DNA of 64,000 nt from IMG/VR virus record IMGVR_UViG_3300020036_004192, positions 1 through 64,000 of that record. The stretch is one strand, 5' to 3'. The position numbers and the translations under genes are program-made. The notes under the pieces are model-generated. The model made no database searches, had not been told where the DNA came from, and saw only the letters and a program-made list of their open reading frames with translations. Numbering within the stretch: the stretch's first letter is position 1; each line of letters opens with the position of its first letter. This DNA is from a virus. Positions 56,707-64,000 of the stretch are shown here, piece by piece.

Positions 56707-57809
56707 TACTCATCCTTCCTAAATGGTAAAGTCCACTCAGGTTTTACCATCTTCCAGATTCTAGCAGAAATATCCTTGTTGTCAAGTAGAGCAAACAACA
56801 GGCCAGGATACTGCGTCTCTTTGGCTACCTCAGCGAATTGCCTACGGTCAACCTCTTGCTCTCTTGTAAGATGATCGGTGCGGTGAAGAACTTCGATGAA
56901 ATCATACGTAACTGTTTCAACAATCTCACGAAACTGATTGTTAAGCGAGTCTACTGTTTGGTTAACCCAATCAGAGAACTCATCAGGCACTTTCTCATAC
57001 AGTTCCTCCAACGGTGCGCCACTGGAAAGCATCTCCCAGATTGTACGGGAAGAAACACCAGTCACCAGCCTGTGCAGCCTGACATATTCATCAGCCTTAA
57101 CCTTGACTCTGGTAACCCCGTCACCTGAAAGGATAACGTAACCCTCAGCGCCGGTACGATCGTTAGGATCGACAGTCTCAGGATCGGTGGCTTCACCGAA
57201 GAAATCCACATGGTCAACAGGCCATTGTGCCTTCAACTCTAGGGTTTCATGATGCAAGCCTGTTTCGGTGTCAATGATTGACAACAATACCAGGCTGGCA
57301 TAGTTACCGTAGTCTACGACGATACGATTTTGGGGATAGATGATTTCAGCTAACCAAGTGAAATTCTCATCCAATTCGCACATGTCGTAGCGTTCGTTCC
57401 AGTATTCAGTGGCCCATGCAGCCTGCTCTGAAAAGAATGATCCACGTGTGGCCCACGCTAACGCCCCCGTTGATGGCAGCCTATACGCAATTCCTAGGGA
57501 ACCATCCATCTTGTCATAGACTCTGAGCGGTGGCTGTAAGTTGAGTGGTCCTGCTGCTGGGGTGCCACCGTGATGTTCACCGAGGTTGAAAAACTTTGAA
57601 AATGGTCTAGCCACAACCTCTTGGGTTTCGCTGTTGACGATCAGCCCACGGCATCGCTTGGTCACATCATCCCATCTACCAGTGTATTGACAGGTTTGAG
57701 TGTAGTTGTAGATGACTAGTGGCTCAGTTGGGTGGGCAGTCTCGCTGACGAGCCGTGCTTCTACGTGTGACCCTAAAAGCTCTACGTCTAGCAGGTCATA
57801 GATTTTCAC
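56706..57809 (-). CDS. rnlA: RNA ligase 1 (T4 RnlA-like, tRNA repair ligase)
   Basis: Collinear with T4 Rnl1: LVIYNYTQ...RCRGLIVNS...VARPFSKFFNLGE matches YRIFSYNY...ECRGIMFE...ASRPMEKFFNLNE; motif I KMDGS. Confidence 0.8.
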   Translation of the reverse strand: MKIYDLLDVELLGSHVEARLVSETAHPTEPLVIYNYTQTCQYTGRWDDVTKRCRGLIVNSETQEVVARPFSKFFNLGEHHGGTPAAGPLNLQPPLRVYDKMDGSLGIAYRLPSTGALAWATRGSFFSEQAAWATEYWNERYDMCELDENFTWLAEIIYPQNRIVVDYGNYASLVLLSIIDTETGLHHETLELKAQWPVDHVDFFGEATDPETVDPNDRTGAEGYVILSGDGVTRVKVKADEYVRLHRLVTGVSSRTIWEMLSSGAPLEELYEKVPDEFSDWVNQTVDSLNNQFREIVETVTYDFIEVLHRTDHLTREQEVDRRQFAEVAKETQYPGLLFALLDNKDISARIWKMVKPEWTLPFRKDE

Positions 57810-58106
57810 TTATAGCCCCAATTCTTTCAGAAACATTTCGATTCCATCGAAGTCATTGCCTTTCATCTCTATAAGAGCATTATAAGCCATGCTCGCTGGA
57901 ATCCCTGGATAGTCACCCTTGGACACTATTTCCAACCCCATCATATGAGGCTTGTTGAACAACAAACATCCGTTCAGCCTGAACGCTGTATGTGCGACAA
58001 ACTGTGCTTCCGCAGATTCAGGGTGTGAATGGAGATTTTTCAGTGACCATTCGTTCAGGTCATTGGTGCTCCAAGGTTCACCACAGCCAGCTACCGGGCA
58101 GCGCAT
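57810..58106 (-). CDS. Hypothetical protein (98 aa)
   Basis: Abuts the ligase start. Confidence 0.4.
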   Translation of the reverse strand: MRCPVAGCGEPWSTNDLNEWSLKNLHSHPESAEAQFVAHTAFRLNGCLLFNKPHMMGLEIVSKGDYPGIPASMAYNALIEMKGNDFDGIEMFLKELGL

Positions 58107-58120
58107 CAGAGAAGACGCAC

Positions 58121-58339
58121 CTAGAGTACGTTCACGCTGGTATTGCTATTTAGCACTTCTACCAAATAACGATCCCCACCCTCTACTTGGTTTCTTCCAA
58201 CAAATCGAGGATTGACTTGCCCACTAGTCTGGCCTGACTGTTGCCATTCAGCAACCGCCGTTAGTGCATCTTCCACGTTCCCATCATTCGGAAACGTAAC
58301 TGTTACTTCGACTTCCTTTGTCACCTTGAATACAGGCAT
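58121..58339 (-). CDS. Hypothetical protein (72 aa)
   Basis: Tiled ORF. Confidence 0.35.
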   Translation of the reverse strand: MPVFKVTKEVEVTVTFPNDGNVEDALTAVAEWQQSGQTSGQVNPRFVGRNQVEGGDRYLVEVLNSNTSVNVL

Positions 58340-58350
58340 TGTGTTTCTCC

Positions 58351-58623
58351 TTAGTAGATCGGTCGGTATGTTGCAGCCAAAGAACCATCTACCGGAATAT
58401 TGAAGTAGATATGTTCTGGCTGCTCTGGCTCGGGAACCAGGACGGTTCGCTCTGCCATTGTTACAGGGAATTCCAGAACCTTACGAATTCGCTTCATCAC
58501 GTTCTTCTTTCTGCCACCAACGCTTCTCACGTTGTTTGAATATCTTTTTAGGTATGCGCTTGTTTCTGCGACCGGAGCCTTGTGGGTAGGCTGAACAGCA
58601 GTCGCCACAGAAAGGTTTACCAC
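58351..58623 (-). CDS. Hypothetical protein (90 aa)
   Basis: ORF track; lies between 58121..58339 and the tRNA. Confidence 0.3.
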   Translation of the reverse strand: MVNLSVATAVQPTHKAPVAETSAYLKRYSNNVRSVGGRKKNVMKRIRKVLEFPVTMAERTVLVPEPEQPEHIYFNIPVDGSLAATYRPIY

Positions 58624-58668
58624 ATTTCCCTAACATATGCTGATTGCTCAACTGAACCCCATTCTTCG

Positions 58669-58742
58669 TACCCCTAGTGGAACTCGAATCCACACTGTAG
58701 AGATTTTAAGTCTCCTGTCTCTGCCAATTGGACTATAGGGGC
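58669..58742 (-). tRNA. tRNA with anticodon TAA (Leu/UUA by anticodon) but a short class-I variable loop; discriminator A
   Basis: Acceptor GCCCCTA/TAGGGGT, D-loop with GG, anticodon stem GGAGA/TCTCT with loop CTTAAAA, T-arm GTGGA-TTCGAGT-TCCAC; 74 nt. Confidence 0.6.
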
Positions 58743-58749
58743 ATGTCAG

Positions 58750-59205
58750 CTATGTAATCTCCGTGATCTTGTGCAGTCGATCGAACCCATCCTCAAGCGA
58801 AGGCGGCCACTCAACCAACTGCCTGTGCATACGGTCTAGTACATGTTCTGGAACAACCCGTTCACGCAGGGCATTCCGTTCCTTGCAAACATCGAGTGGG
58901 GTGTCAAACCAGATGCCGTGAACTTCTGCACCATGTTCGTGACAGAACTCTATCATTTTACGTCGGTCACTACGTCGTGTATTTGTTACGTCAATGACGA
59001 GGCTATCTTCACCCATCAGGATGTCGTGAACCCGCTCATAAAGAAGCTCCCAAACTTCATTATTACGACCCTGGTCACTGGCATTGCCTGTAAGTTCCTT
59101 ACGGATATCGTCCGCACAAATGTAGAAACTTTCATTCAGATCTTTACCGAGGAACGTGGTCTTACCACTTCCGGGGATTCCAATCCCAACAGTTACAACA
59201 GTCAT
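58750..59205 (-). CDS. pnk: Polynucleotide 5'-kinase (T4 Pnkp kinase-domain-like P-loop kinase)
   Basis: GIGIPGSGKTTF Walker A, LVIDVTNT, and a C-terminal WFDTPLDVCKERNALRERVVPEHVLDRM region collinear with the T4 Pnk N-domain. Confidence 0.7.
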   Translation of the reverse strand: MTVVTVGIGIPGSGKTTFLGKDLNESFYICADDIRKELTGNASDQGRNNEVWELLYERVHDILMGEDSLVIDVTNTRRSDRRKMIEFCHEHGAEVHGIWFDTPLDVCKERNALRERVVPEHVLDRMHRQLVEWPPSLEDGFDRLHKITEIT

Positions 59206-59215
59206 TCATTTTCTC

Positions 59216-59704
59216 CTATCGGGCGTAGTCGATCATTACAGTGTCGCCATCTCTGTTGATACCCATGTTCGGTGTATTCAGGTCTGAGAAATTGAACTTT
59301 GCGAACTTATCCACCTTACCCCATGCGCTATCATCAGCGGGGGCACATTTCTCCATTATGAGCCATTTGAAATCATGGGAGAACCCAATAACTTCAGCGA
59401 AGATTGTTCGGTCAGGATGCTGAAGCCAGGTTTCTAACTCCTGCTCGTTCTGTGCCCGACATGAAACGTCATACACACCACCTGAACGCATCTTTGGTAG
59501 ACGATCATAAAACCTAGGTACATCCCAAGATGATTCGCTAACATCGCTGTGAGCCATTTTGATAACAGCTTCACCAAGATCGAAAGCAGTCCTGGTGGTC
59601 CCCTTCCAAGCTGCGTGAGAGATTCCTTCTTTCAGGGACTTGTGCAGGCTGGGTAGTGCATTTGGGTAGGCTTGTGCGTTTGGGAGGATGGTGTATCCTA
59701 TCAT
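59216..59704 (-). CDS. Hypothetical protein with kinase-like catalytic-loop remnant (DLNTPNMGINRDGDTVMIDY)
   Basis: AAGGAG RBS; small (162 aa). Confidence 0.4.
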   Translation of the reverse strand: MIGYTILPNAQAYPNALPSLHKSLKEGISHAAWKGTTRTAFDLGEAVIKMAHSDVSESSWDVPRFYDRLPKMRSGGVYDVSCRAQNEQELETWLQHPDRTIFAEVIGFSHDFKWLIMEKCAPADDSAWGKVDKFAKFNFSDLNTPNMGINRDGDTVMIDYAR

Positions 59705-59761
59705 GTTTTCTCCTTGTCTAGTGGGGCCGGGGAGGATCGGCCTCCGCCGACTACGCTTTTG

Positions 59762-59847
59762 TAGGGCGAGTGAGATTTGAACTCACGATGGGCATTGCCA
59801 CATGTTTATAAGACATGCTTCTTCGAACCAGACTTGAATATCGCCCC
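59762..59847 (-). tRNA. Atypical tRNA-like gene: long variable arm, anticodon loop CTTATAA (anticodon TAT, reads AUA), 3 extra nt between D- and anticodon arms
   Basis: Acceptor GGGGCGA/TCGCCCT, 3-bp D-stem with 11-nt loop, anticodon stem CATGT/ACATG, variable hairpin GGCaatGCC, T-arm GTGAG-TTCAAAT-CTCAC. May be a pseudogene or unusual isoacceptor. Confidence 0.45.
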
Positions 59848-60015
59848 TAGATGATATCTATTTCCTCATCTTCTTCTAGACGGATGGCACGAACTCCAGC
59901 ACCGTTTCTGTAGAAAGGTGGAGGTAAAGACGATGTGGATTTCATCTACATCGGGCGAGGTTAGAGTAGATGTTGGGGTATTAGGTGGAGTCGTCGCTTG
60001 TAGGAGAGGCATCCT

Positions 60016-60248
60016 AGCCGTTGCCGTTGCCGTTGCCGTCGCCGTAGCCGTTGCCGTAGCCGTCGCCGTCGCCGTCGCCGTTGCCGTTGCCGTAGCCGTA
60101 GCCGTTGCCGTTGCCGTTGCCGTCGCCGTCGCCGTCGCCGTAGCCGTTGCCGTTGCCGTTGCCGTCGCCGTAGCCGTAGCCGTTGCCGTCGCCGTAGCCG
60201 TAGCCGTCGCCGTAGCCGTAGCCGTTGCCGTTGCCGTTGCCGTAGCCG
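60016..60248. repeat. Perfect tandem hexanucleotide repeat (NGCCGT)x~39; in the - strand frame it encodes (Asn/Tyr/Asp)-Gly dipeptide repeats
   Basis: The period-6 repeat varies only at one position (T/A/C). Open in 5 of 6 frames; the GNGYGDG frame continues from the upstream - strand ORF region. Confidence 0.9.
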
Positions 60249-60291
60249 ATTAGAACTTGGGCATCTTCTCCCAACGACCCTATCAGGCCGA

Positions 60292-60633
60292 TCACAGATG
60301 ACCAATCCACTTGGAGTCATCAACAGAAATCGTCAATACAACCCCAAGACTGGGTGCTTCAATATGGCCAGCGGGTTCCAGTATGGTCCTGCTGGTTGGA
60401 CCGTTGACCAGTTCACCAAGCCCCTTCGTAGTGCCCCATCGGCGGATTACTGATGCGTTATCGAGCAGAACTCGATCCCCGTCCTCGGTGTAGTAACCAA
60501 CAGCAACCCATCCACGCTGTAGCACAACGATGCGAATGGACGAATCGGGTGGGACAACCGTGGGGATAGAGTCGGCACGAACATAGTCAACTCCGTTGAT
60601 GGCGATGACTTCAATACCAGTTGCAGTAGGCAT
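60292..60633 (-). CDS. Hypothetical protein (113 aa) immediately upstream of the repeat tract
   Basis: ORF track. Its stop overlaps the GTG-initiated X-Gly repeat ORF (60014..60310) and the ATG-initiated Arg-rich ORF (59961..60323). Confidence 0.5.
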   Translation of the reverse strand: MPTATGIEVIAINGVDYVRADSIPTVVPPDSSIRIVVLQRGWVAVGYYTEDGDRVLLDNASVIRRWGTTKGLGELVNGPTSRTILEPAGHIEAPSLGVVLTISVDDSKWIGHL

Positions 60634-60749
60634 GTTGCTTGTTTCTCCTGTTTGTTTGGTTTAGCCTAAACGATTTGTTTAGACTATGATGTCACTTCTG
60701 TCTGCGACTAACTATGGCGTGAACATAGTTCCGAAGCCGCCGTTTTGGC

Positions 60750-61220
60750 TTATGGGCACACTTCTGGTTGGAAACACTCACATGAAAATGGTTCTACGAG
60801 CCAAGCAGGATCAGCAACAACCGGAGTCAGGTTCTTAGCTAGTTCCTTCATGGCGTCGGCACGTGTTGCTGGGACACTCTCGATGTGGTTAGAGGGATTC
60901 CACCATTCTCTCTCATCTCCCTTGTAAGGGGCTGCCCCAAAATCAGTGAAGTGGAGTGCATCAAGCACTGTGCCAGGCTTGCCAAGTCTGGCACAGAAAC
61001 CTGGAATAGTGAACATGATTAGGAACTGCTTGTCAGGGTTATATCCAGCAACCCCGTACCATGTAGTTCCACCCGAGGTAATCCACTCTGGGCCAACCAC
61101 AACTGCCTCAAACTCATGGCGCTTGTGACTGTACTGAGATGGTTCGTTGATTACCTTGATCCTTAGACCAGGGGCTAGCTCATGCTTGAGTAGGGCATTG
61201 GGAAAGTTTGGGTTACTCAT
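60750..61220 (-). CDS. Hypothetical protein (156 aa)
   Basis: ATGA overlap with the upstream frameshifted ORF. Confidence 0.5.
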   Translation of the reverse strand: MSNPNFPNALLKHELAPGLRIKVINEPSQYSHKRHEFEAVVVGPEWITSGGTTWYGVAGYNPDKQFLIMFTIPGFCARLGKPGTVLDALHFTDFGAAPYKGDEREWWNPSNHIESVPATRADAMKELAKNLTPVVADPAWLVEPFSCECFQPEVCP

Positions 61221-61412
61221 TCTTCTACCTCACAGTATTTGACAGGACTATCATTCTGTGCTGAGAACCAGTCTTTATGATGGATGACAATACAGTTGTC
61301 AGTATAACGACTGGTTGTTTCAGGAAGCATCCAAGCTAGCCCGAACGATAAGAGTACTATAAAGGCTATTAGGCCAAATACGATAAAGAACCCTTCAAAG
61401 GAATTCTCGCAT
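61217..61412 (-). CDS. Small membrane protein requiring a +1 frameshift at CTT_TGA (or a pseudogene)
   Basis: AGGAGG then ATG CGA GAA TTC CTT TGA. The +1 frame continues EGFFIVFGLIAFIVLLSFGLAWMLPETT... and ends in ATGA overlap with the next gene. Confidence 0.3.
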
Positions 61413-61801
61413 TTCTTACCTCCTTCTGCGATTCTCTATGACCTTTGGCGTTGCCTTACCACTGTTCACATGATAAGGATGACATTTTTCTTGTCTAGAG
61501 CCAAGATGTAGGTATTGCTTAGTCCCGATCTTGAACAGGTCGCCGCCACATTTACAGGTACAAGTGTTAGCTGTCAAGCTGCGATTATCTCAGAAACTGG
61601 ACGAACCCGAAATGCGCCTCTCGGACCTGCTAGAAACTCGTTCGCTTGACGGCAGGCATCGTCAATGTCTGCCACGTCACGATCCTCTGGGCATTCCAGA
61701 ACTACAAGAAACTGTTGCATACTACTCTCCCTTAGTCACTTGACTGACGCAGCCTTCCAGCCAGTCGGCTGAATGGCTCCCAACTGTCTCATACCTGCCG
61801 C

Positions 61802-62116
61802 TCATGCCGGGTACGTCGTCACGTCAAGACCATGCTTCTCGCCCCAATACTCCAACTTGAGGTCGATGATGTGCTCGTCAGCGATGCGTCCAGCCTCAGC
61901 AGCGGACGGTGCACGCACCAGCAACTGCTCCAGCACGTAACGCCCACGGCGCAACTTGATCGGAACAGAACGCATCACACCGAACAGCCGGGTTTCTGGA
62001 ACCAGATTGTCCATCATGATCTTGTTCTGATCCTGACGGGCCTTGTAGGTTTGCATCCTATAGGTCATGTTGTTGCCTTTCTTAGTTGGTTGGGTAAAGG
62101 AACGGGATACGGACAA
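61802..62116 (-). CDS. Hypothetical protein (104 aa)
   Basis: ORF track. Confidence 0.4.
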   Translation of the reverse strand: MSVSRSFTQPTKKGNNMTYRMQTYKARQDQNKIMMDNLVPETRLFGVMRSVPIKLRRGRYVLEQLLVRAPSAAEAGRIADEHIIDLKLEYWGEKHGLDVTTYPA

Positions 62117-62315
62117 TCTGCCACATGAGGTAGCAGAAACTGAGCAACGCCACGGAGAGAAGAAGCTTGTTGACTCCTTGGACAGTGGACTTCTTCGACT
62201 GGATGGACAGGAACAGTGGCCCTATCCACAGCAGCCGAACACCGTCCAGCTTGTGGTAGCTCAGGATGAGCTTGGATCGGTTTATGCTGATCCAGTAACG
62301 GTCACGAAGGTACAT
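62082..62315 (-). CDS. Hypothetical membrane protein (77 aa)
   Basis: Hydrophobic LLWIGPLFLSI and LLLSVALLSFCYLMW. Confidence 0.3.
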   Translation of the reverse strand: MYLRDRYWISINRSKLILSYHKLDGVRLLWIGPLFLSIQSKKSTVQGVNKLLLSVALLSFCYLMWQIVRIPFLYPTN

Positions 62316-62603
62316 TTATTCCCCTTTACATTTGGAACATAGGACCAGGAACCTACCGCCTAAGACTTTGATGAAGCCTTTGTTGGCAGGAACTGGGTTA
62401 TGGCAGGTTGTGCATTTCCCGTAGAAACGGTTAGGTTTCAGGTTTCAGTTACTTTCGGTCGTAGATGAAATGGGGCTGAAATACCCAGCGATCTGAACTA
62501 CCGGAATGCCGATGCCGATAGACAACTATCTTTACCTGGATGCGCCAGAACTTCCATTGACGTTGCCAAGTGTCAGATGTACCGATGTCGCTTTGCGTGT
62601 GTT

Positions 62604-62975
62604 TCAGGAACATCCTTCCTCCCAATGACTTTCGAGCCACGCCCAGAACTGCCACAGTTTGTGATCCACATGGAACGGGTCAATGACAGCACCAGTGACC
62701 CTCCTGTAAAGGTCTGGACGAACATCACATAGCGAGTTCATCACCCATTGACCTTCACGCTGACCGTCAGGTCGTGGCCTGGAAGCTATGGCTTGCTTGA
62801 ACTGGAGGAATGTGAGGGGCGTCCCAGGCATTTCTGTCAGCAGCTTCTCGTATTCGTTGAACTTCTCATCATCCCATTCACATTCATGGGAGGCGAGAAC
62901 TGTCATCTCGATGGGGGATGCGATCTTGAACATTCGACCGCATCCCCCACAAGACTTGTAACCAGCTTGACTCAT
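62604..62975 (-). CDS. Hypothetical Cys-containing protein (123 aa)
   Basis: CGGCGRMF N-terminus; ATGA overlap with the CCA enzyme gene. Confidence 0.45.
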   Translation of the reverse strand: MSQAGYKSCGGCGRMFKIASPIEMTVLASHECEWDDEKFNEYEKLLTEMPGTPLTFLQFKQAIASRPRPDGQREGQWVMNSLCDVRPDLYRRVTGAVIDPFHVDHKLWQFWAWLESHWEEGCS

Positions 62976-63697
62976 TAGAACGAACCTTCTTCCATCGTAG
63001 CCTTGAGTCGAAGCCCACCTGCAAGGATAGCCTCGACAGTGATAGTGGGCAGGCTCGCAAGAAGCTCGAAAGATGTCATCGTATCGAACGCCAACATCTT
63101 GTTCAGTTCCTCACGTCTACGCTCCTTGGACACACAGCCAAGCATTTCGGCTGCAAACACCGACTGCAAGTCGCGAAATGTCTCAGGAGTGGGCGTCAGG
63201 CTCTTCGTGACCATGAACCGCAGCCCACGAAGGACACGCAAGCCATCTTCTTCGATCCTCACAGCAGCAACACCAACGAACCGTAGAGTCCTGTTCGCTA
63301 GGTCCTCTTGCCCATTGAAGGGGTCATGGAGAACACCGTCAAGTCCACGAGCCATAGCGTTGACCGTGAAGTCACGCCTGTCTAGGTCATCGAACAGATT
63401 CCCTGGAACGGTGAAGTCAGGCCGTCTACCGTCCGAGGAAGGTCCGTCCCTACGGGCCAGTACGAAGTCAGCAACCCGAGTCCTGGCACGAAGTTCAGGC
63501 ATCGAGTCAGGAACCTTGGCCCTGATTGTGAAGAACTCGGGACGGGACTCGAAGATTTGAAATCCCATACCTGTGAGTTCTGCATGGAAATCATCGAAGC
63601 TGGCAGGGCCAACAACGGTGAAATCTACATCGTTGGATTCCAGGCCAAGGAGGGAATCCCTGACACATCCACCAACTTCAAAGAACTGGGTTGTCAT
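62975..63697 (-). CDS. cca: tRNA nucleotidyltransferase (CCA-adding enzyme, minimal head domain)
   Basis: GGCVRDSLLG...DVDF pol-beta NTase motif, then a second Asp region and an RRDFTVNA motif. Consistent with tRNA genes that lack an encoded CCA. Confidence 0.75.
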   Translation of the reverse strand: MTTQFFEVGGCVRDSLLGLESNDVDFTVVGPASFDDFHAELTGMGFQIFESRPEFFTIRAKVPDSMPELRARTRVADFVLARRDGPSSDGRRPDFTVPGNLFDDLDRRDFTVNAMARGLDGVLHDPFNGQEDLANRTLRFVGVAAVRIEEDGLRVLRGLRFMVTKSLTPTPETFRDLQSVFAAEMLGCVSKERRREELNKMLAFDTMTSFELLASLPTITVEAILAGGLRLKATMEEGSF

Positions 63698-63709
63698 GTT
63701 GTTGCCTTT

Positions 63710-64000
63710 CTAGCTCATCAACTCCAAGAGCTGATCGGTGTGGACAGGGCGGTAATCCCAAACGTCCACACCTACGTTGATCATGCGGCCATTCTGCTTC
63801 CATAGGTCATGGATATGACCGTGGATCAGCCATTGGCCGTGGTCTACTGGACGCCATTCCGTGTAGCGTTCCTCGTCTGTGTGGTCACCTGACCCAGCGA
63901 AAGGGAAGTGACATACTGAAGCTACAGGGGGCGTGTCAATAACTCCCTGCACTTCTGTAATCTCCATGTGCTCAGAGTACAACACACAACGCCTCACAAA
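63710..64000 (-). CDS. Metallophosphoesterase, C-terminal part (gene continues past the window end)
   Basis: The C-terminal HGHIHD motif is visible; the upstream GD/GNHE motifs would lie beyond 64000. Confidence 0.45.
   Translation of the reverse strand, partial: FVRRCVLYSEHMEITEVQGVIDTPPVASVCHFPFAGSGDHTDEERYTEWRPVDHGQWLIHGHIHDLWKQNGRMINVGVDVWDYRPVHTDQLLELMS

Noticed and set aside
60016-60248. Considered a CRISPR array because of the repeated short unit
   Set aside because: The period is 6 nt with no spacers, so it is a simple tandem repeat and not repeat-spacer architecture.
59918-60323. The Ala-Val repeat ORF (+ strand) and the Arg/Gln-rich ORF (- strand) through the hexamer tract, as separate genes
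   Set aside because: At most one frame through the repeat can be the functional product, so they are reported only as alternatives within the repeat finding. Neither has a convincing RBS.
61531-61743. + strand ORF (70 aa) in the ORF-poor 61221..61801 gap
   Set aside because: It is on the opposite strand to all neighbours and has odd composition. - strand small ORFs (for example a 48-aa MQQFLVVLECPEDRD... ORF at about 61574..61720) are equally plausible but unsupported.

Overview
This 64-kb window is a contiguous piece of a large tailed dsDNA phage genome, roughly 45% GC. A WhiB-like regulator, tRNAs for A-ending rare codons and a small ~68% GC island suggest the host is a high-GC Actinobacterium. 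On the + strand, positions 1-17.8 kb hold the 3' end of a tail-fibre gene, a lysis cassette (CHAP/PG-binding endolysin plus membrane proteins), and a replication/recombination module. That module contains a PolIII-alpha (DnaE) with a class-1 intein, a T7 gp4-like primase-helicase with a class-3 LAGLIDADG intein in its P-loop, RecA, a Cas4-like FeS nuclease, a Sak4-like ATPase, WhiB and three HNH endonucleases. From 17.9 kb to the end almost everything is on the - strand as a tightly tiled array of small early/auxiliary genes. Recognisable - strand genes include an SPFH/band-7 protein, thioredoxin, MazG, a class II RNR (NrdJ) plus a decayed NrdJ remnant beside a MoxR/CobS-like AAA+ and vWA/CobT-like pair, and an HNH-fused ATP-dependent DNA ligase together with a Ku homolog (a candidate phage-encoded NHEJ kit). 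Also present are RuvB, two calcineurin-like phosphoesterases, an amidoligase/GAT-II/GGCT/GNAT cluster with paired CxCxCH cysteine-rich proteins, a dCMP-deaminase-like gene, a tRNA/RNA-repair island (Rnl1 ligase, Pnk kinase, macro domain, CCA-adding enzyme; tRNA-Met, Tyr, Arg(UCU), Leu(UAA)-like, UAU-like), a 36-nt tRNA-like minihelix, and a 233-bp perfect hexanucleotide repeat encoding X-Gly dipeptide repeats. All calls come from reading the ORF translations and the DNA by eye; no database searches were run.
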